Of a DNA stretch of 64,000 nt, positions 20,628-32,574 are shown piece by piece. This DNA is from an uncultured Pelagibacteraceae bacterium (lineage in GTDB: Bacteria; Pseudomonadota; Alphaproteobacteria; Pelagibacterales; Pelagibacteraceae). Every line of letters begins with the position of its first letter. Within the stretch, counting starts at the first letter, position 1. Both the position numbers and the translations under genes were made by a program. The stretch spans positions 85,647 through 149,646 of the forward strand of contig CACKVM010000001.1 in NCBI GenBank assembly GCA_902603625.1, written 5' to 3'. The notes beneath the pieces were generated by a model. The model searched no databases, was not told the origin of the DNA, and worked only from the letters and a program-made list of their open reading frames with translations.

Positions 20628-21620
20628 ATGCGTTTAAAAAACTTCTTAATAATTAAATTTTTTATTTTAATAAATTTTTCAATCACACAAATTAGTTTTG
20701 GAGATAATCATAATATTTATGAAACATTAGAATTAATTCAAAAAGATATCAAAACATTAGAAAAAGCTGTTTACTCTGGGTCTTTAGAGTTAAATAGTAA
20801 TAATACTAATTCTTCAAGTCTATCAAGCATGGATAATAATTCTGAGGATGTTTTAACCAGGCACTTACTGAAACTAACTGAAATTGAAAATCAATTTCAA
20901 CAATTAACAAATAGATTTGAGGAAATTAATTTTAAATTAGATAAATTATCTAACAGGCTATCCAAAGTTCAGGCAGATAATCAAATTAGATTTCAGGATA
21001 TTGAAAGTATTATATCTTCTGAAGAAAATGTGAATAAAATTTCAAAACAGAAAAAAAATGATGAAGAAAATATTTTACCAGGTTCATCAGAACCACAAGA
21101 TTTAGGTTCTGTATCATATAAAGATACAAACACAAACGAAACGGAACAGAAAATTCAATCAATAGAAGCGACTGGCTCAATAGTAACTGAATCGTTTCAA
21201 GCAGAAGAAAAAATATTACCTGACGAAGAACCTAAAAAGCAGTATGAATTTGCTACTAGTTTTTTAAAAGTAGGAGATTATCCAACGGCTGAAAGGGCTT
21301 TTAGGGAATTTGTTTTATCAAATCCAAACCATGAATTAGCTGGTAATGCACAATATTGGTATGCAGAAACATTTAGAATTAGACAACTTTATACGGATGC
21401 GGCGTCAGCATACTTAGAAGGTTATCAAAAATATCCTAAAGGAGAAAAAGCTCCAATTAATTTATTAAAATTAGGTGTATCAATGGTACAGATAGGTGAA
21501 AAAGATCAAGGTTGCAAAATGATAAATGGTGTTGAAAAACAATATCCAAAAGCTAATCAATCTGTTATCCAAAAAGCAAAATATGAGTCTCAAAAATTTG
21601 AGTGCAATCAAAATTCCTAG
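20628..21620 (+). CDS. cpoB: Tol-Pal TPR protein CpoB/YbgF
   Basis: Signal peptide, coiled coil, TPR motif LAGNAQYWYAE...LLKLG. Confidence 0.9.
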   Translation: MRLKNFLIIKFFILINFSITQISFGDNHNIYETLELIQKDIKTLEKAVYSGSLELNSNNTNSSSLSSMDNNSEDVLTRHLLKLTEIENQFQQLTNRFEEINFKLDKLSNRLSKVQADNQIRFQDIESIISSEENVNKISKQKKNDEENILPGSSEPQDLGSVSYKDTNTNETEQKIQSIEATGSIVTESFQAEEKILPDEEPKKQYEFATSFLKVGDYPTAERAFREFVLSNPNHELAGNAQYWYAETFRIRQLYTDAASAYLEGYQKYPKGEKAPINLLKLGVSMVQIGEKDQGCKMINGVEKQYPKANQSVIQKAKYESQKFECNQNS

Positions 21621-22608
21621 GATTTTAAAAAAAAAACTATCTAATAAAAGACTGTTTAAATTATACAATATTTTTGAAAGAAATTTTGATATCGATAATC
21701 CATTTATTGTTGCAGTTTCAGGAGGGCCAGACAGTCTTGCACTATCATTTTTAACTAAGATTTACTCTATTAAAAATAGGGTTAAATCTAACTATTTTAT
21801 TGTTGATCATAACTTAAGAAAAGAGTCAACATATGAGGCTAAAAAAGTTAAAAAAATTTTAAATTATTATAATATTAAATCGGAAATTTTAACTTGGCAT
21901 GGTAAGAAACCTCAAAATAATATTCAGTCTTTAGCTAGAAAAAAAAGATATGAATTACTATTTTTAAAATGTAAAAAGTTAAAAGTAACAAACTTAGTAA
22001 TTGGTCATCATATAGATGATTTATTTGAGAATTTCTTTATCAGAATGATAAGAGGTAGTGGTTTAAAGGGATTAGTGTCATTAGGAAAAAAAAAAACTAT
22101 TGATGACGTTAATCTAATTAGGCCATTATTATACTTTAGTAAAAAAGACTTAGAATTTATTTCTAATCATGTATTTAATTTTTTTGTTAAAGATCCATCA
22201 AATAAAGATACTAAATATAAGAGAATAAAAATTAGAAGTGTTATTCAAAAATTTGAAGATAATGGTCTCGATAAGGCTAAATTATCTTTAACAATAAGAA
22301 ACTTAAAAAAATCAAATAATGCGATATCTTTTTATGTAGATGAAAATAAAAAATTAAACTCTTTTTTACGTAAGAATAATGATATATTAATTTTAAAAGA
22401 TCATTTTTTTAATCACCCTTATGAGGTCGTTTTCAGATCTTTCTCTGATTCTATTAAATTGATTGGCAAGAAGGATAATGCCGTAAGGGGCAAAAAGATT
22501 GATTATATTTTAGATAAAATTAGGCAAAATTGTCTCAAGAAAGAGACTCTAGGCGGTTGTGTGATTAAAAAAGTAAATCAAACGGTAATAATATCTAAAG
22601 AATACTAA
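21583..22608 (+). CDS. tilS: tRNA(Ile)-lysidine synthetase
   Basis: AVSGGPDSLAL, VDHNLR, GHHIDD, DPSN; probable ATG at 21583. Confidence 0.93.
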   Translation: MSLKNLSAIKIPRILKKKLSNKRLFKLYNIFERNFDIDNPFIVAVSGGPDSLALSFLTKIYSIKNRVKSNYFIVDHNLRKESTYEAKKVKKILNYYNIKSEILTWHGKKPQNNIQSLARKKRYELLFLKCKKLKVTNLVIGHHIDDLFENFFIRMIRGSGLKGLVSLGKKKTIDDVNLIRPLLYFSKKDLEFISNHVFNFFVKDPSNKDTKYKRIKIRSVIQKFEDNGLDKAKLSLTIRNLKKSNNAISFYVDENKKLNSFLRKNNDILILKDHFFNHPYEVVFRSFSDSIKLIGKKDNAVRGKKIDYILDKIRQNCLKKETLGGCVIKKVNQTVIISKEY

Positions 22609-22652
22609 TTTTCATACTTGTTTAATTTATAATAATTCTTATTTTAAGAACA

Positions 22653-24554
22653 ATGAATATAAAAAATTTAGCAATGTGGGCAATAATAGTTTTTTTAACT
22701 ATTGGCTTATACAATATGTTTAAAAATCCTCAGTCTAATATAAGGGGGAATAATCAAATAATATTCTCAGATTTTTTAGATGCTGTTGATAATGGTGAAA
22801 TTTTAAAGGTTGAAATTCAAGGCAATAACATAAAAGGAGTTTATTCAAATGGGAATAGTTTTACTACTTATTCTCCAAACGATCCAAACTTAATTGAGAA
22901 ACTCTCTGAAAAAGGCATAAGCATATCTGCAGCACCAATAGAAGAAAAAATGCCATCTCTATTTGGTGTTTTGTTATCATGGTTCCCAATGTTGCTATTG
23001 ATTGCAGTTTGGATTTTTTTCATGCGTCAAATGCAGGGTGGTAAAGGTGGAGCAATGGGTTTTGGAAGATCTAAAGCTAAAATGATGAATGAGTTAAAAG
23101 GCAAAGTTACTTTTAATGATGTTGCTGGAGTTGAGGAAGCTAAAGAGGAAGTTGAAGAAATTGTAGAATTTTTAAAAGACCCAAAAAAATTTAGTAGACT
23201 TGGTGGAAAAATTCCAAGAGGAGCGTTATTAGTTGGACCTCCAGGTACTGGAAAAACATTATTAGCTAGAGCGATTGCTGGTGAAGCTGGAGTTCCATTT
23301 TTTACAATTTCAGGATCTGATTTTGTAGAAATGTTTGTTGGAGTAGGTGCTTCCAGGGTTAGAGATATGTTTGATCAAGGTAAAAAAAATTCACCATGTA
23401 TTATTTTTATTGATGAAATAGATGCAGTAGGTAGAAGTAGAGGGGCAGGTCTTGGTGGAGGAAATGATGAGCGTGAGCAAACTTTAAACCAACTTTTAGT
23501 TGAGATGGATGGTTTTGACACTAATGAGGGTGTTATAATTATAGCCGCAACAAATAGGCCTGATGTTTTAGATCCAGCACTATTAAGACCTGGTAGATTT
23601 GACAGACAAGTGGTTGTTTCAAACCCAGACATAATTGGAAGAGAAAAAATTCTTAAAGTTCATGTTAAGAAAATAAAAATGTCACCAGATGTAAATTTAA
23701 GAACTATTGCAAGAGGCACACCAGGATTTTCTGGAGCTGATCTTGCAAACTTGGTAAATGAGTCAGCTTTATTAGCTGCAAGAAAAAATAAAAGAATAGT
23801 AACCTTAAATGAATTTGAAGAGGCCAAAGACAAAGTGATGATGGGAGCTGAAAGAAGATCTATGGTAATGACAGAAGATGAGAAAAAATTAACTGCCTAT
23901 CACGAGGGTGGTCATGCATTAGTTTCCTTCAATATGCCCAGTTATGACCCAATTCATAAAGCAACAATCATCCCAAGAGGGAGAGCATTAGGAATGGTTA
24001 TGAATTTACCTGAAAGAGATAAACATGGTCACTCAATTAAATACTTAAAAGCAAGATTAGCTGTATGTTTTGGTGGAAGAGTTGCTGAAGAAGTAATTTT
24101 TGGTAAGGATAATATTTCAACTGGGGCTGGAGGTGGAGCTGGTTCAGATATAAATCAAGCAACTCAACTTGCTAGAGCAATGGTAACAAAATATGGAATG
24201 AGTGAGGAAATGGGTCCTGTTGAATATGGCGAGAATCAAGAAGAAGTTTTTTTAGGAAGATCAGTAACTCAAACACAATCTGTCTCAGAGGAGGTTGCAA
24301 AAAAAATTGATAAAGAAATTAGAAAATTAGTTGATGAGGGCTATAATAAAGCAAAAGAAATTTTAACTGAAAAAATTGAAGATTTGCATAAAATTGCTAA
24401 AGCTTTAATGACATATGAAACTCTCACTGGTGAAGAAATTGAAAATATAATAAATAAAAACATATATCCTAAAGATAAACAAGATCTTAAAGTTGAAGAC
24501 GATAAAGGGTCTGCGTTAACAGCAATGGGTCTCAAACCTAAAATTGTTCATTAG
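22653..24554 (+). CDS. ftsH: ATP-dependent zinc metalloprotease FtsH
   Basis: [20 protein letters not shown]. Confidence 0.98.
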   Translation: MNIKNLAMWAIIVFLTIGLYNMFKNPQSNIRGNNQIIFSDFLDAVDNGEILKVEIQGNNIKGVYSNGNSFTTYSPNDPNLIEKLSEKGISISAAPIEEKMPSLFGVLLSWFPMLLLIAVWIFFMRQMQGGKGGAMGFGRSKAKMMNELKGKVTFNDVAGVEEAKEEVEEIVEFLKDPKKFSRLGGKIPRGALLVGPPGTGKTLLARAIAGEAGVPFFTISGSDFVEMFVGVGASRVRDMFDQGKKNSPCIIFIDEIDAVGRSRGAGLGGGNDEREQTLNQLLVEMDGFDTNEGVIIIAATNRPDVLDPALLRPGRFDRQVVVSNPDIIGREKILKVHVKKIKMSPDVNLRTIARGTPGFSGADLANLVNESALLAARKNKRIVTLNEFEEAKDKVMMGAERRSMVMTEDEKKLTAYHEGGHALVSFNMPSYDPIHKATIIPRGRALGMVMNLPERDKHGHSIKYLKARLAVCFGGRVAEEVIFGKDNISTGAGGGAGSDINQATQLARAMVTKYGMSEEMGPVEYGENQEEVFLGRSVTQTQSVSEEVAKKIDKEIRKLVDEGYNKAKEILTEKIEDLHKIAKALMTYETLTGEEIENIINKNIYPKDKQDLKVEDDKGSALTAMGLKPKIVH

Positions 24555-24559
24555 AGTTA

Positions 24560-25609
24560 ATGCCTAGATATTACACAAGGGTGTGTAATTTCTATTATGG
24601 AGAAAATTCAAAAAATTTAGTATTAAAGAAAAAAACTCTACCTCTACATGGAAATAAAAATATATCTTTTGACAGAATAGAAATTATCTCCAGAAACTCA
24701 AAAAGAAATATTCAAATTAATGAAATAAATAAATTACCTAATAATCTAAAAACAAAAATCAAACAGGATTTAAAATCGGTAACAAAAAAAAAATATTTTA
24801 AAAATTTAAATTTAAATTCATATCCAAAAATAATGGGGGTATTGAATATAACTCCTGATAGTTTTTCAGATGGAGGGAAATACAACAAAACATATCTTGC
24901 AAAAAAACAAATGAATTACCTTTTTAAAAAAGGTGCTCATTTAGTCGATATCGGAGGGGAGTCAACAAGACCTGGAGCAAATCCAGTGAGTTCTAAAGTT
25001 GAATGGAATAGAATTAAAGGTATTTTGAAAAAAATTGATAAAAGAAAATTAATTTCTCTTGATACCAGAAAATCAGAAATAATGGAAAAAGGTATTAAAC
25101 TTGGTGTGAAACTAATTAATGATGTTTCAGGATTAAATTATGATAATCAAACAATTGATTTACTTAAAAAATTTCAAATTCCATTTGTTATTCAACATTC
25201 GCAAGGCTCAGCTATTAATATGCAACAAAAACCTAATTATAAAAATGTATTATTGGATATTTATGATTTTTTCGAAAAAAAAATAGAATTGTTAAGATCA
25301 TTTGGCATAAATCACAGTAATATAATTATTGATCCAGGTATTGGTTTTGGAAAAAATTTGAAACATAATATGAGTCTAATTAGGAATATTTCTATTTTTC
25401 ACTCACTTGGTTTTCCTATACTTGTTGGTAATTCAAGAAAAAAATTTATAAAAGAATTGTCAAAAAAAAATGACTCTAAAGAAAGAATTGGTGGAACTAT
25501 AGCTTCCTCAATATACTTAATGATGCACGGTGTTCAAATTTTAAGAATTCATGATGTTAATGAATTACAACAAGCAATTAAAGTTTTTAAAGAAATACTA
25601 GAGAATTAA
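24560..25609 (+). CDS. folP: Dihydropteroate synthase with N-terminal extension
   Basis: MGVLNITPDSFSDGG, GGESTRPG, DPGIGFGK, SRK, RIHDV. Confidence 0.95.
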   Translation: MPRYYTRVCNFYYGENSKNLVLKKKTLPLHGNKNISFDRIEIISRNSKRNIQINEINKLPNNLKTKIKQDLKSVTKKKYFKNLNLNSYPKIMGVLNITPDSFSDGGKYNKTYLAKKQMNYLFKKGAHLVDIGGESTRPGANPVSSKVEWNRIKGILKKIDKRKLISLDTRKSEIMEKGIKLGVKLINDVSGLNYDNQTIDLLKKFQIPFVIQHSQGSAINMQQKPNYKNVLLDIYDFFEKKIELLRSFGINHSNIIIDPGIGFGKNLKHNMSLIRNISIFHSLGFPILVGNSRKKFIKELSKKNDSKERIGGTIASSIYLMMHGVQILRIHDVNELQQAIKVFKEILEN

Positions 25610-26941
25610 TGACAAAAAAATATTTCGGAACAGACGGTATAAGGGGCGCAGTTAATAGTAAAAATATTAATGGTGACATGTTTTTTAAATTTGGTTTAGC
25701 CTCAGGTACATATTTTAAATCTCAAAAAAAAAGAAAACAAACTGCAATTATTGCAAAAGACACAAGGTTATCTGGTTATACTTTAGAGCCAGCATTAGTT
25801 TCTGGACTTACTTCCGCTGGTATGCATGTATTTACTTTAGGCCCACTTCCAACAAATGGTCTTGCAATGTTAACAAAATCTATGAAAGCGAATATGGGTA
25901 TAATGATAACAGCTTCTCATAATACTCATTCTGATAATGGATTAAAATTATTTGGTCCAGACGGAATGAAATTATCAGACAAAATAGAAAAAAAAATTGA
26001 AAAATTAATTGATAAAAATATAAAAAAAAATCTTTCTCATTCTGAAAAGCTAGGTAGAGTGAAAAGACTAGAAAGTGGTACAAAAGATTACGTAAATATC
26101 TTAAAAAAAAATTTTACTAAAAATTTTAATCTTGATGGAATGAAAATTGTAATAGATTGTGCTAATGGCGCAGGCTACAAGGCTGGACCAGAATTATTAA
26201 GATCTCTAGGAGCTAAAGTATTTTCATTAGGTGTTAAACCAAACGGTTTAAATATTAATAAAAATTGTGGCTCAACTTTCCCAAGTAATATTAAAAAGGC
26301 TGTAAAAAAAATATAAAGCACATTTGGGTATTTCTCTAGATGGAGATGCAGATAGAATTATTTTATGTGATGAGGCAAGCAATATCGTTGATGGTGATCA
26401 AATTATTGCTGCACTTGCAACAAGATGGAAAAACAAAAAAATGCTTAAGGGTGGTGTTGTTGGGACTCTTATGTCTAATTATGGTCTAGAAAAATTTCTC
26501 AAATCTCAAAAAATTAAATTTATCAGGGCAAATGTAGGAGATAGATACGTAAAAGAAAAAATGAAAAAGTATAATTTTAACCTGGGTGGTGAACAGTCTG
26601 GTCATATTATTCTAGGAAAATTTGCAACTACAGGAGACGGTTTACTCGTTGCTTTAGAGGTATTATTTGCTCTTAGAAAAGGAAAAAAAGCTAGTGACTT
26701 TTTTAATAAATTTGAAAAGACACCACAAATTTTAAAAAATATAGACGTAAAAGACAAAGATGTAATAAATCATGCAAAGGTAAAAAAATCTATTAGACTT
26801 GTCGAAAAATTAATCAGAGGTCAGGGAAGAATATTAGTTAGAAAATCTGGCACAGAGTCAAAAATTCGAGTGATGGGTGAAAGTAGAAATAAAAAACTTC
26901 TTAATAAATGTGTAAACTTAATTTTAAATAAGATTAAATAA
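25609..26941 (+). CDS. glmM: Phosphoglucosamine mutase, split by one extra A in an A8 run at 26304-26311 (probable sequencing error)
   Basis: YFGTDGIRG, TASHN in part 1; DGDADR, GGEQSGH, RKSGTE in part 2; removing one A gives ...AVKKYKAHLGISLDGDADR. Confidence 0.9.
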
Positions 26942-26942
26942 T

Positions 26943-27755
26943 TTGAAACCTAAATCAAAAATATTAATAATTGCTGGCTCAGATTCTTCTGGTGGAGCAG
27001 GTATCCAGGCAGATATAAAAACTATCACTGCACTTGGATCTTATGCGATGACAGCGATAACAGCAGTAACAGCTCAAAATACTCAGGGTTTAAAATCTAT
27101 TGTTCCTATTAAACCCAAAGAAATATCAAATCAAATAATATTTACTTCTAAGGACATTAAACCTGATGCTGTGAAAATTGGAATGTTACATTCATCAGAA
27201 GTAATTAAATCTATTGTTAAATCAATAGATAAACTTAAAATAAAAAAAATTGTTCTTGATCCTGTAATGGTAGCAAAAAGTGGAACAAAACTAATAGACG
27301 ATAAAGCTATCAATTTTCTTAAAACTAAATTAATCAAAAAAGCGATATTGATCACACCCAACATTCCCGAGACTGAAATTTTGACTAAAATTCCAATAGA
27401 GAACAAATCTGATATGATCTGTGCAGCCAAAAAGTTAATTGGATTAGGAGCAAAAAATGTTTTGATTAAAGGTGGTCATTTAAAATCTAAAATGGTTGAA
27501 GATATTTTGGTAAATAAATCTGAAATAAAAGTTTTTAAAAGCAGAAGGTATAATACAAAACATACTCATGGAACTGGATGTACTTTATCTAGTGCTATAA
27601 CTACTTTCTTGTCATGTGGAAAACCTTTAAAGAAATCTTGTGAGCTTGGAATTAAGTATGTAAATTCTGCAATAAAAACAAACCCTAAGTATGGTAAAGG
27701 TCATGGACCGATAAATCATCTAAATACAATGAAAATGAATAAAGAATTTAAATAA
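26943..27755 (+). CDS. thiD: Hydroxymethylpyrimidine/phosphomethylpyrimidine kinase
   Basis: [29 protein letters not shown]. Confidence 0.95.
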   Translation: MKPKSKILIIAGSDSSGGAGIQADIKTITALGSYAMTAITAVTAQNTQGLKSIVPIKPKEISNQIIFTSKDIKPDAVKIGMLHSSEVIKSIVKSIDKLKIKKIVLDPVMVAKSGTKLIDDKAINFLKTKLIKKAILITPNIPETEILTKIPIENKSDMICAAKKLIGLGAKNVLIKGGHLKSKMVEDILVNKSEIKVFKSRRYNTKHTHGTGCTLSSAITTFLSCGKPLKKSCELGIKYVNSAIKTNPKYGKGHGPINHLNTMKMNKEFK

Positions 27756-29047
27756 TGAAAAATATTGTCGTAGTAGGATCTCAATGGGGAGATGAGGGGA
27801 AAGGAAAAATTGTAGATTGGCTTTCAGAGCAAGCTGATATTGTAATAAGATTTCAAGGTGGCCATAATGCTGGTCATACACTAGTTATTGACGGGGTGAC
27901 TTATAAATTGCGTTTATTACCCTCAGGAATAGTGAGAAAAGATAAAATTTCAATAATTGGAAATGGTGTTGTTGTAGACCCTTGGGCACTAATTGAAGAA
28001 ATAGATGAGATAAAATCTAAAGGTGTAGATGTAAATACTAAAAATTTTATTATTTCTGAATCTGCTAACTTAATTTTACCTTTTCATAAAGAAATGGATG
28101 AAATTAAAGAAGATGCTGCTGGAAACAGTAAAATTGGAACAACAAGAAGAGGAATTGGCCCAGCATATGAGGATAAAGTTGGAAGACGATCTATTCGTGT
28201 AATGGATCTAAGATCTGAAAGCAATCTGGACAAGAGGTTAGAAACAGTGCTAATTCATCATAATGCAATCAGAAAAGGCCTAGGAAGAAAAATTTTTCAA
28301 AAACAGCAATTAAAAAAGGATTTATTAGAAATTGCTCCAGAAATATTAAAATTTTCACAACCAGTTTGGTTGAAGATAGATCAATTTAGAAAACAAAAAA
28401 AAAAGATTTTATTTGAGGGTGCCCAAGGAATTTTGCTTGATGTTGATCATGGAACATATCCATATGTTACTTCCTCAAACACGGTAGCCTCAAGTGCAGC
28501 AACAGGCACTGGATGTGGTCCAAATTTAATAAATTATGTTTTAGGAATAACAAAAGCTTACACCACAAGAGTTGGTGAAGGTCCTTTTCCAACAGAATTA
28601 AAAAATGAAATTGGCGAATTACTAGGAAGTCGAGGTAAAGAATTTGGGACTGTAACCAGTAGAAAAAGAAGATGTGGATGGTTTGATGGAGTTCTTGTTA
28701 GACAAACGATAAAAATTTCAGGTATTAATGGAATTGCACTTACCAAGCTGGATGTCTTAGATGAATTAGATGAAATTAAAATTTGTGTCGAGTATGATCT
28801 CGATGGTAAAAAAATAGATTATTTACCAGCAGCAGTTGAGGATCAATTAAAGATTAAACCAATTTATAAAATTTTTCCAGGATGGAAAAGTTCTACCAAT
28901 GGGATTAAAAATATTGATGCATTACCAGAAAATGCAAAAAAATATATATTTGCAATAGAGGATTTTATTGGTGCAAAAGTTTCTAGTATTTCAACTAGCC
29001 CTGAAAGAGAGGACACAATTTTGATTGAAAACCCTTTTGAAATTTAA
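27755..29047 (+). CDS. purA: Adenylosuccinate synthetase
   Basis: [22 protein letters not shown]. Confidence 0.98.
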   Translation: MKNIVVVGSQWGDEGKGKIVDWLSEQADIVIRFQGGHNAGHTLVIDGVTYKLRLLPSGIVRKDKISIIGNGVVVDPWALIEEIDEIKSKGVDVNTKNFIISESANLILPFHKEMDEIKEDAAGNSKIGTTRRGIGPAYEDKVGRRSIRVMDLRSESNLDKRLETVLIHHNAIRKGLGRKIFQKQQLKKDLLEIAPEILKFSQPVWLKIDQFRKQKKKILFEGAQGILLDVDHGTYPYVTSSNTVASSAATGTGCGPNLINYVLGITKAYTTRVGEGPFPTELKNEIGELLGSRGKEFGTVTSRKRRCGWFDGVLVRQTIKISGINGIALTKLDVLDELDEIKICVEYDLDGKKIDYLPAAVEDQLKIKPIYKIFPGWKSSTNGIKNIDALPENAKKYIFAIEDFIGAKVSSISTSPEREDTILIENPFEI

Positions 29048-29934
29048 TTAATAGGCAAAAGATTTTTAGATTTTGCTAGTAATAGCATTTGTTTTTGAAG
29101 TTTTTCAAAAGCTTTATTTTCTATTTGTCTCACTCTTTCTCTGCTAATTTTATATTTTTTACTTAAATCTTCCAAAGTAATAGGATTATCATTCAATCTT
29201 CTAGATGTAAGAATTTCTTTTTCTCTTTGATTAAGTATCTTAATTGAACTTTTTAATAAATCTTTTCTATTTTCCATTTCTTCTTGATGTGCAAATTTTA
29301 AATCATGATCTAGTTCTTTATCAACCAACCAGTCTTGCCATTCGTCTCCATCCTCACCCACTTGGGCGTTTAAAGAAAATTCTTTACCTGATAGTCGTCT
29401 ATTCATAGAAACAACTTCATCTTTACTCACATCAAGTTTATTAGCAATTTCGTTTACATGTTCATCTTTTAAATCGCCCTCTGTTTGAGGTGCTATTTGA
29501 TTTTTTAATTTTTTAAGATTAAAAAATAATTTTTTTTGGGCTGTTGTAGTACCGATTTTGACCAGGCTCCAAGATCTCAAAATATATTCCTGGATGGAAG
29601 CTTTAATCCACCACATTGCATATGTTGCTAATCTAAATCCTTTTTCTGGTTCAAATTTTTTTACAGCTTGCATAAGACCAACATTCCCTTCGGAAATCAT
29701 TTCATTAACTGGTAAACCATAACCTTTATACCCCATAGCTATTTTGGCAACTAATCTTAAATGACTAGTTACAAGTTTCTCAGCAGCTTTAATATTCCCA
29801 GTTGTTCTCCAATTTTTTGCTAACATATATTCTTCTTCAGCAGCTAGCATTGGAAATTTTTTAATTTGTTCCAAATAAGCGGATAAACCTCCTTCGTTAG
29901 AAAGAGTCGGTAAATTGTTTACAGTAGTATTCAT
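29044..29934 (-). CDS. rpoH: RNA polymerase sigma-32
   Basis: RpoH box [11 protein letters not shown]; SRERVRQIE. Confidence 0.96.
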   Translation of the reverse strand: MNTTVNNLPTLSNEGGLSAYLEQIKKFPMLAAEEEYMLAKNWRTTGNIKAAEKLVTSHLRLVAKIAMGYKGYGLPVNEMISEGNVGLMQAVKKFEPEKGFRLATYAMWWIKASIQEYILRSWSLVKIGTTTAQKKLFFNLKKLKNQIAPQTEGDLKDEHVNEIANKLDVSKDEVVSMNRRLSGKEFSLNAQVGEDGDEWQDWLVDKELDHDLKFAHQEEMENRKDLLKSSIKILNQREKEILTSRRLNDNPITLEDLSKKYKISRERVRQIENKAFEKLQKQMLLLAKSKNLLPIN

Positions 29935-29978
29935 GGCTGTATTTATTTAATTTAGTTTACTAAATTTTCAATGTTTTA

Positions 29979-30956
29979 TTAATCAGTATTTCTAAGCATT
30001 TTTAACAAATTATTAAGTTCTTTAGGTAAAATCGAAGAAAAAATCATCTCTTTATTAGTTTTAGGATGAACGAATCCTAATGTTTTTGCATGTAAAAACT
30101 GTCTATTTAATTTAGAAATTGTTTTTTCAAGTTTAATATCAATATTTTTAATTTTTTTATATTTCTTTTTATATTTTAAGTCACCAACAATACTATTTCC
30201 CAAATGAGACATGTGAACACGTATTTGATGGGTTCTTCCAGTTTCTAATTTGCATTCAACTAAACTTAAAGTAGGCGTTTTATCATTTTCAAATATTTCT
30301 ATGGTTTTGTAATTAGTCACAGCTTTTTTACCTCGAGTGCTGCTTGTCTCCATCAATTGTCTATTTTTAGAACTACGAGTTATCAAAGTATTGATTTTAC
30401 CAAATGAAGGTCTTAATTTTCCCCAAATTAAAAGTTGGTAAGTTCTTATTATTGAATGTTTACTAAATTGTTGAGATAATCCATTATGGGTTTCATTGTT
30501 TTTCGCAATCACAACTAAGCCCGAGGTATCTTTATCAATTCTATGAACTATTCCTGGTCTTAAATCTCCACCAATGGTTGATAGAGAATTTTTAACATGA
30601 TAAATTAATGCGTTGACAATTGTTTTATCGTAATTTCCTGCACCTGGATGCATAATTATACCTGCAGGTTTATTAATCACCAATAAGTCATCATCTTCAA
30701 AAATAATCTCTAATTTATAATTGAAAGGTTTAAGAGATGCTTCTTTTTGTTTGGGAATATTTAAAGTTAATTTATCTCCGACTAAAACTTTTTTTGCTGG
30801 GCTTTTAATAATTCTATCATTAAGTTTAAGTTTTTCATCTAAAATTAAATTTTTAATTCTAGTTCTACTAATTTTATTTTCTCTTTTATTAATTATAACA
30901 TCAACTCGTAAGTTATTTTCATGTTCCTCAACAATAAAATTAATGTTTTTTTCCAT
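29979..30956 (-). CDS. rluD: RluA/RluD family pseudouridine synthase (ATG at 30956)
   Basis: S4-like N-terminus, GIVHRIDKDTSG, TGRTHQIRVH; the ORF-track extension runs antisense over the tRNA. Confidence 0.92.
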   Translation of the reverse strand: MEKNINFIVEEHENNLRVDVIINKRENKISRTRIKNLILDEKLKLNDRIIKSPAKKVLVGDKLTLNIPKQKEASLKPFNYKLEIIFEDDDLLVINKPAGIIMHPGAGNYDKTIVNALIYHVKNSLSTIGGDLRPGIVHRIDKDTSGLVVIAKNNETHNGLSQQFSKHSIIRTYQLLIWGKLRPSFGKINTLITRSSKNRQLMETSSTRGKKAVTNYKTIEIFENDKTPTLSLVECKLETGRTHQIRVHMSHLGNSIVGDLKYKKKYKKIKNIDIKLEKTISKLNRQFLHAKTLGFVHPKTNKEMIFSSILPKELNNLLKMLRNTD

Positions 30957-30979
30957 AAAATGTAATAATAATACTATAT

Positions 30980-31056
30980 GCGCTTGTAGCTCAACTGGAT
31001 AGAGCGCCTGACTTCGGATCAGGAGGTTCTGGGTTCGACTCCTAGCAGGCGCACCA
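30980..31056 (+). tRNA. tRNA-Arg (TCG)
   Basis: GCGCTTGTAGCTCAACTGGATAGAGCGCCTGACTTCGGATCAGGAGGTTCTGGGTTCGACTCCTAGCAGGCGCACCA; anticodon arm CCTGA-CTTCGGA-TCAGG. Confidence 0.95.
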
Positions 31057-31057
31057 A

Positions 31058-31849
31058 TCATTCACCCATATTTATTAATGTCCCCTTTATCCTTGCTCTT
31101 AAAAAAGATAAATAAAACAACCCTATTCCAAAAAGTAGATAAATTAAATTTAATAAATAAGCTTGTTTTATATTTTCATAATTTACCATACCATTTATCA
31201 AAATATTTCTGGTTTCATCAAAAATGTAAACTAGTGGTAAACCCTTTGCAATTACTTGGAAAAATTCAGGAAGAATTTCTATAGGGTAGTAGATACAGCC
31301 CAATGGAGCAAGTAAAAATAATGATGACCAGGCTATATTTTCAAAAGAGGGCCCAAATCTCATTAAACCTGAGCTCACAAATAAACCCAATGTAATGCCG
31401 AACATGTATAAACTTAAAAATAATATAAATAGTGGAAAACCTAATTTTAAAATTGAAACTCCAAATAGTGGAGATGTTAAGATAATTGCAGGTACTAAAC
31501 CAATTAATGTCCTTATCAAAGCAGTAAAAATTAAAGATATAATTATTTCTTTAAGTTTCAAAGGAGCAATGAATAAATTCGTAAAATTTCTACTCCAGAT
31601 TTCCTCTAAAAAGAGCATGTTAAAACTTATGCTAGATCTAAAAAGGATGTCGTAAAGAATCGCGCATGTAAGAATTATTCCAAGTGTATTATTGTAATAA
31701 TCACTATAAATTGAAAAAAACTTAGAAATAAAACCCCAAAGAATAATTTGTATTGTTGGCCAATAAATTAAATCCAAAACTCTTGGCAAAGAACTTTTGA
31801 TTAGATAAAAATGTCTTAAAAAAAGACCGTACATTTTATTTAAATTCAT
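31058..31849 (-). CDS. ABC-2 type transporter permease
   Basis: About six hydrophobic segments, EEIWSRN, YYPIEILP; coupled to the ATPase gene. Confidence 0.85.
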   Translation of the reverse strand: MNLNKMYGLFLRHFYLIKSSLPRVLDLIYWPTIQIILWGFISKFFSIYSDYYNNTLGIILTCAILYDILFRSSISFNMLFLEEIWSRNFTNLFIAPLKLKEIIISLIFTALIRTLIGLVPAIILTSPLFGVSILKLGFPLFILFLSLYMFGITLGLFVSSGLMRFGPSFENIAWSSLFLLAPLGCIYYPIEILPEFFQVIAKGLPLVYIFDETRNILINGMVNYENIKQAYLLNLIYLLFGIGLFYLSFLRARIKGTLINMGE

Positions 31850-32574
31850 ATTAAATCTCTTGTAAGTTTTAAAAAAACTTCCTCCATATTCCTTCGTCCA
31901 TGTTTTTTAATTAATTCTCCAGGTTTTCCTTGATCAATAATAGATCCTTTGTTCATCATAAGAACCGAAGAACACAATCTTTCAACCTCTGCCATATTAT
32001 GTGAGGCAAGGAGAATAGAAGTTCTTTTTTCTTTTTGGTATTCCTCTAAAAAACTTCTAACAAAATCTCCTGTTTCTGGATCTAGAGATGCGGTTGGTTC
32101 ATCAAGAAGAAGAACTGATGGATCATTAATTATTGATTTAGCCAGACTGACTCTATTTTTTTGCCCAGAAGAAAGTTCTCCTGTTATTTTATTGATAAAT
32201 TCATTAAGTCTTAATTTTTCACAAAGATAATCAATTTTAATTCCAAGTTCTTTGACATCATAAAGTCTGCCATAAACTTCTAGATTTTGCTTTACTGTTA
32301 ATTTTTTTGGTAACTCAATATATGGTGAAATAAAATTTAAATCGTTCAATAATTCAACTCTTTGCTTTTCAATTTCAATACCATTAATAAGAACTTTTCC
32401 TTTAGAAGGTTTAAGTAAACCAAGGATCATACCTATTGTTGTGGTTTTACCACATCCATTAGGTCCGAGGATACCAATAATTTCATTCTCGTTTACTTTA
32501 AAAGAAATATTTCGAACAGCCTCTTTTGAGTTGTAGGTTTTTGATAAATTAATTATTTCAAGAGGAATAGTCAT
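31846..32574 (-). CDS. ABC transporter ATP-binding protein
   Basis: GPNGCGKTT, LSSGQ, LLLDEPT, SH. Confidence 0.93.
   Translation of the reverse strand: MTIPLEIINLSKTYNSKEAVRNISFKVNENEIIGILGPNGCGKTTTIGMILGLLKPSKGKVLINGIEIEKQRVELLNDLNFISPYIELPKKLTVKQNLEVYGRLYDVKELGIKIDYLCEKLRLNEFINKITGELSSGQKNRVSLAKSIINDPSVLLLDEPTASLDPETGDFVRSFLEEYQKEKRTSILLASHNMAEVERLCSSVLMMNKGSIIDQGKPGELIKKHGRRNMEEVFLKLTRDLI

Noticed and set aside
22612-22652. Possible sigma32 promoter upstream of ftsH (CTTG...CTTATT)
   Set aside because: Match too weak in an AT-rich background to call
30957-31061. N-terminal extension of RluD in the ORF track
   Set aside because: It is the antisense of tRNA-Arg; ATG 30956 gives a normal RluD
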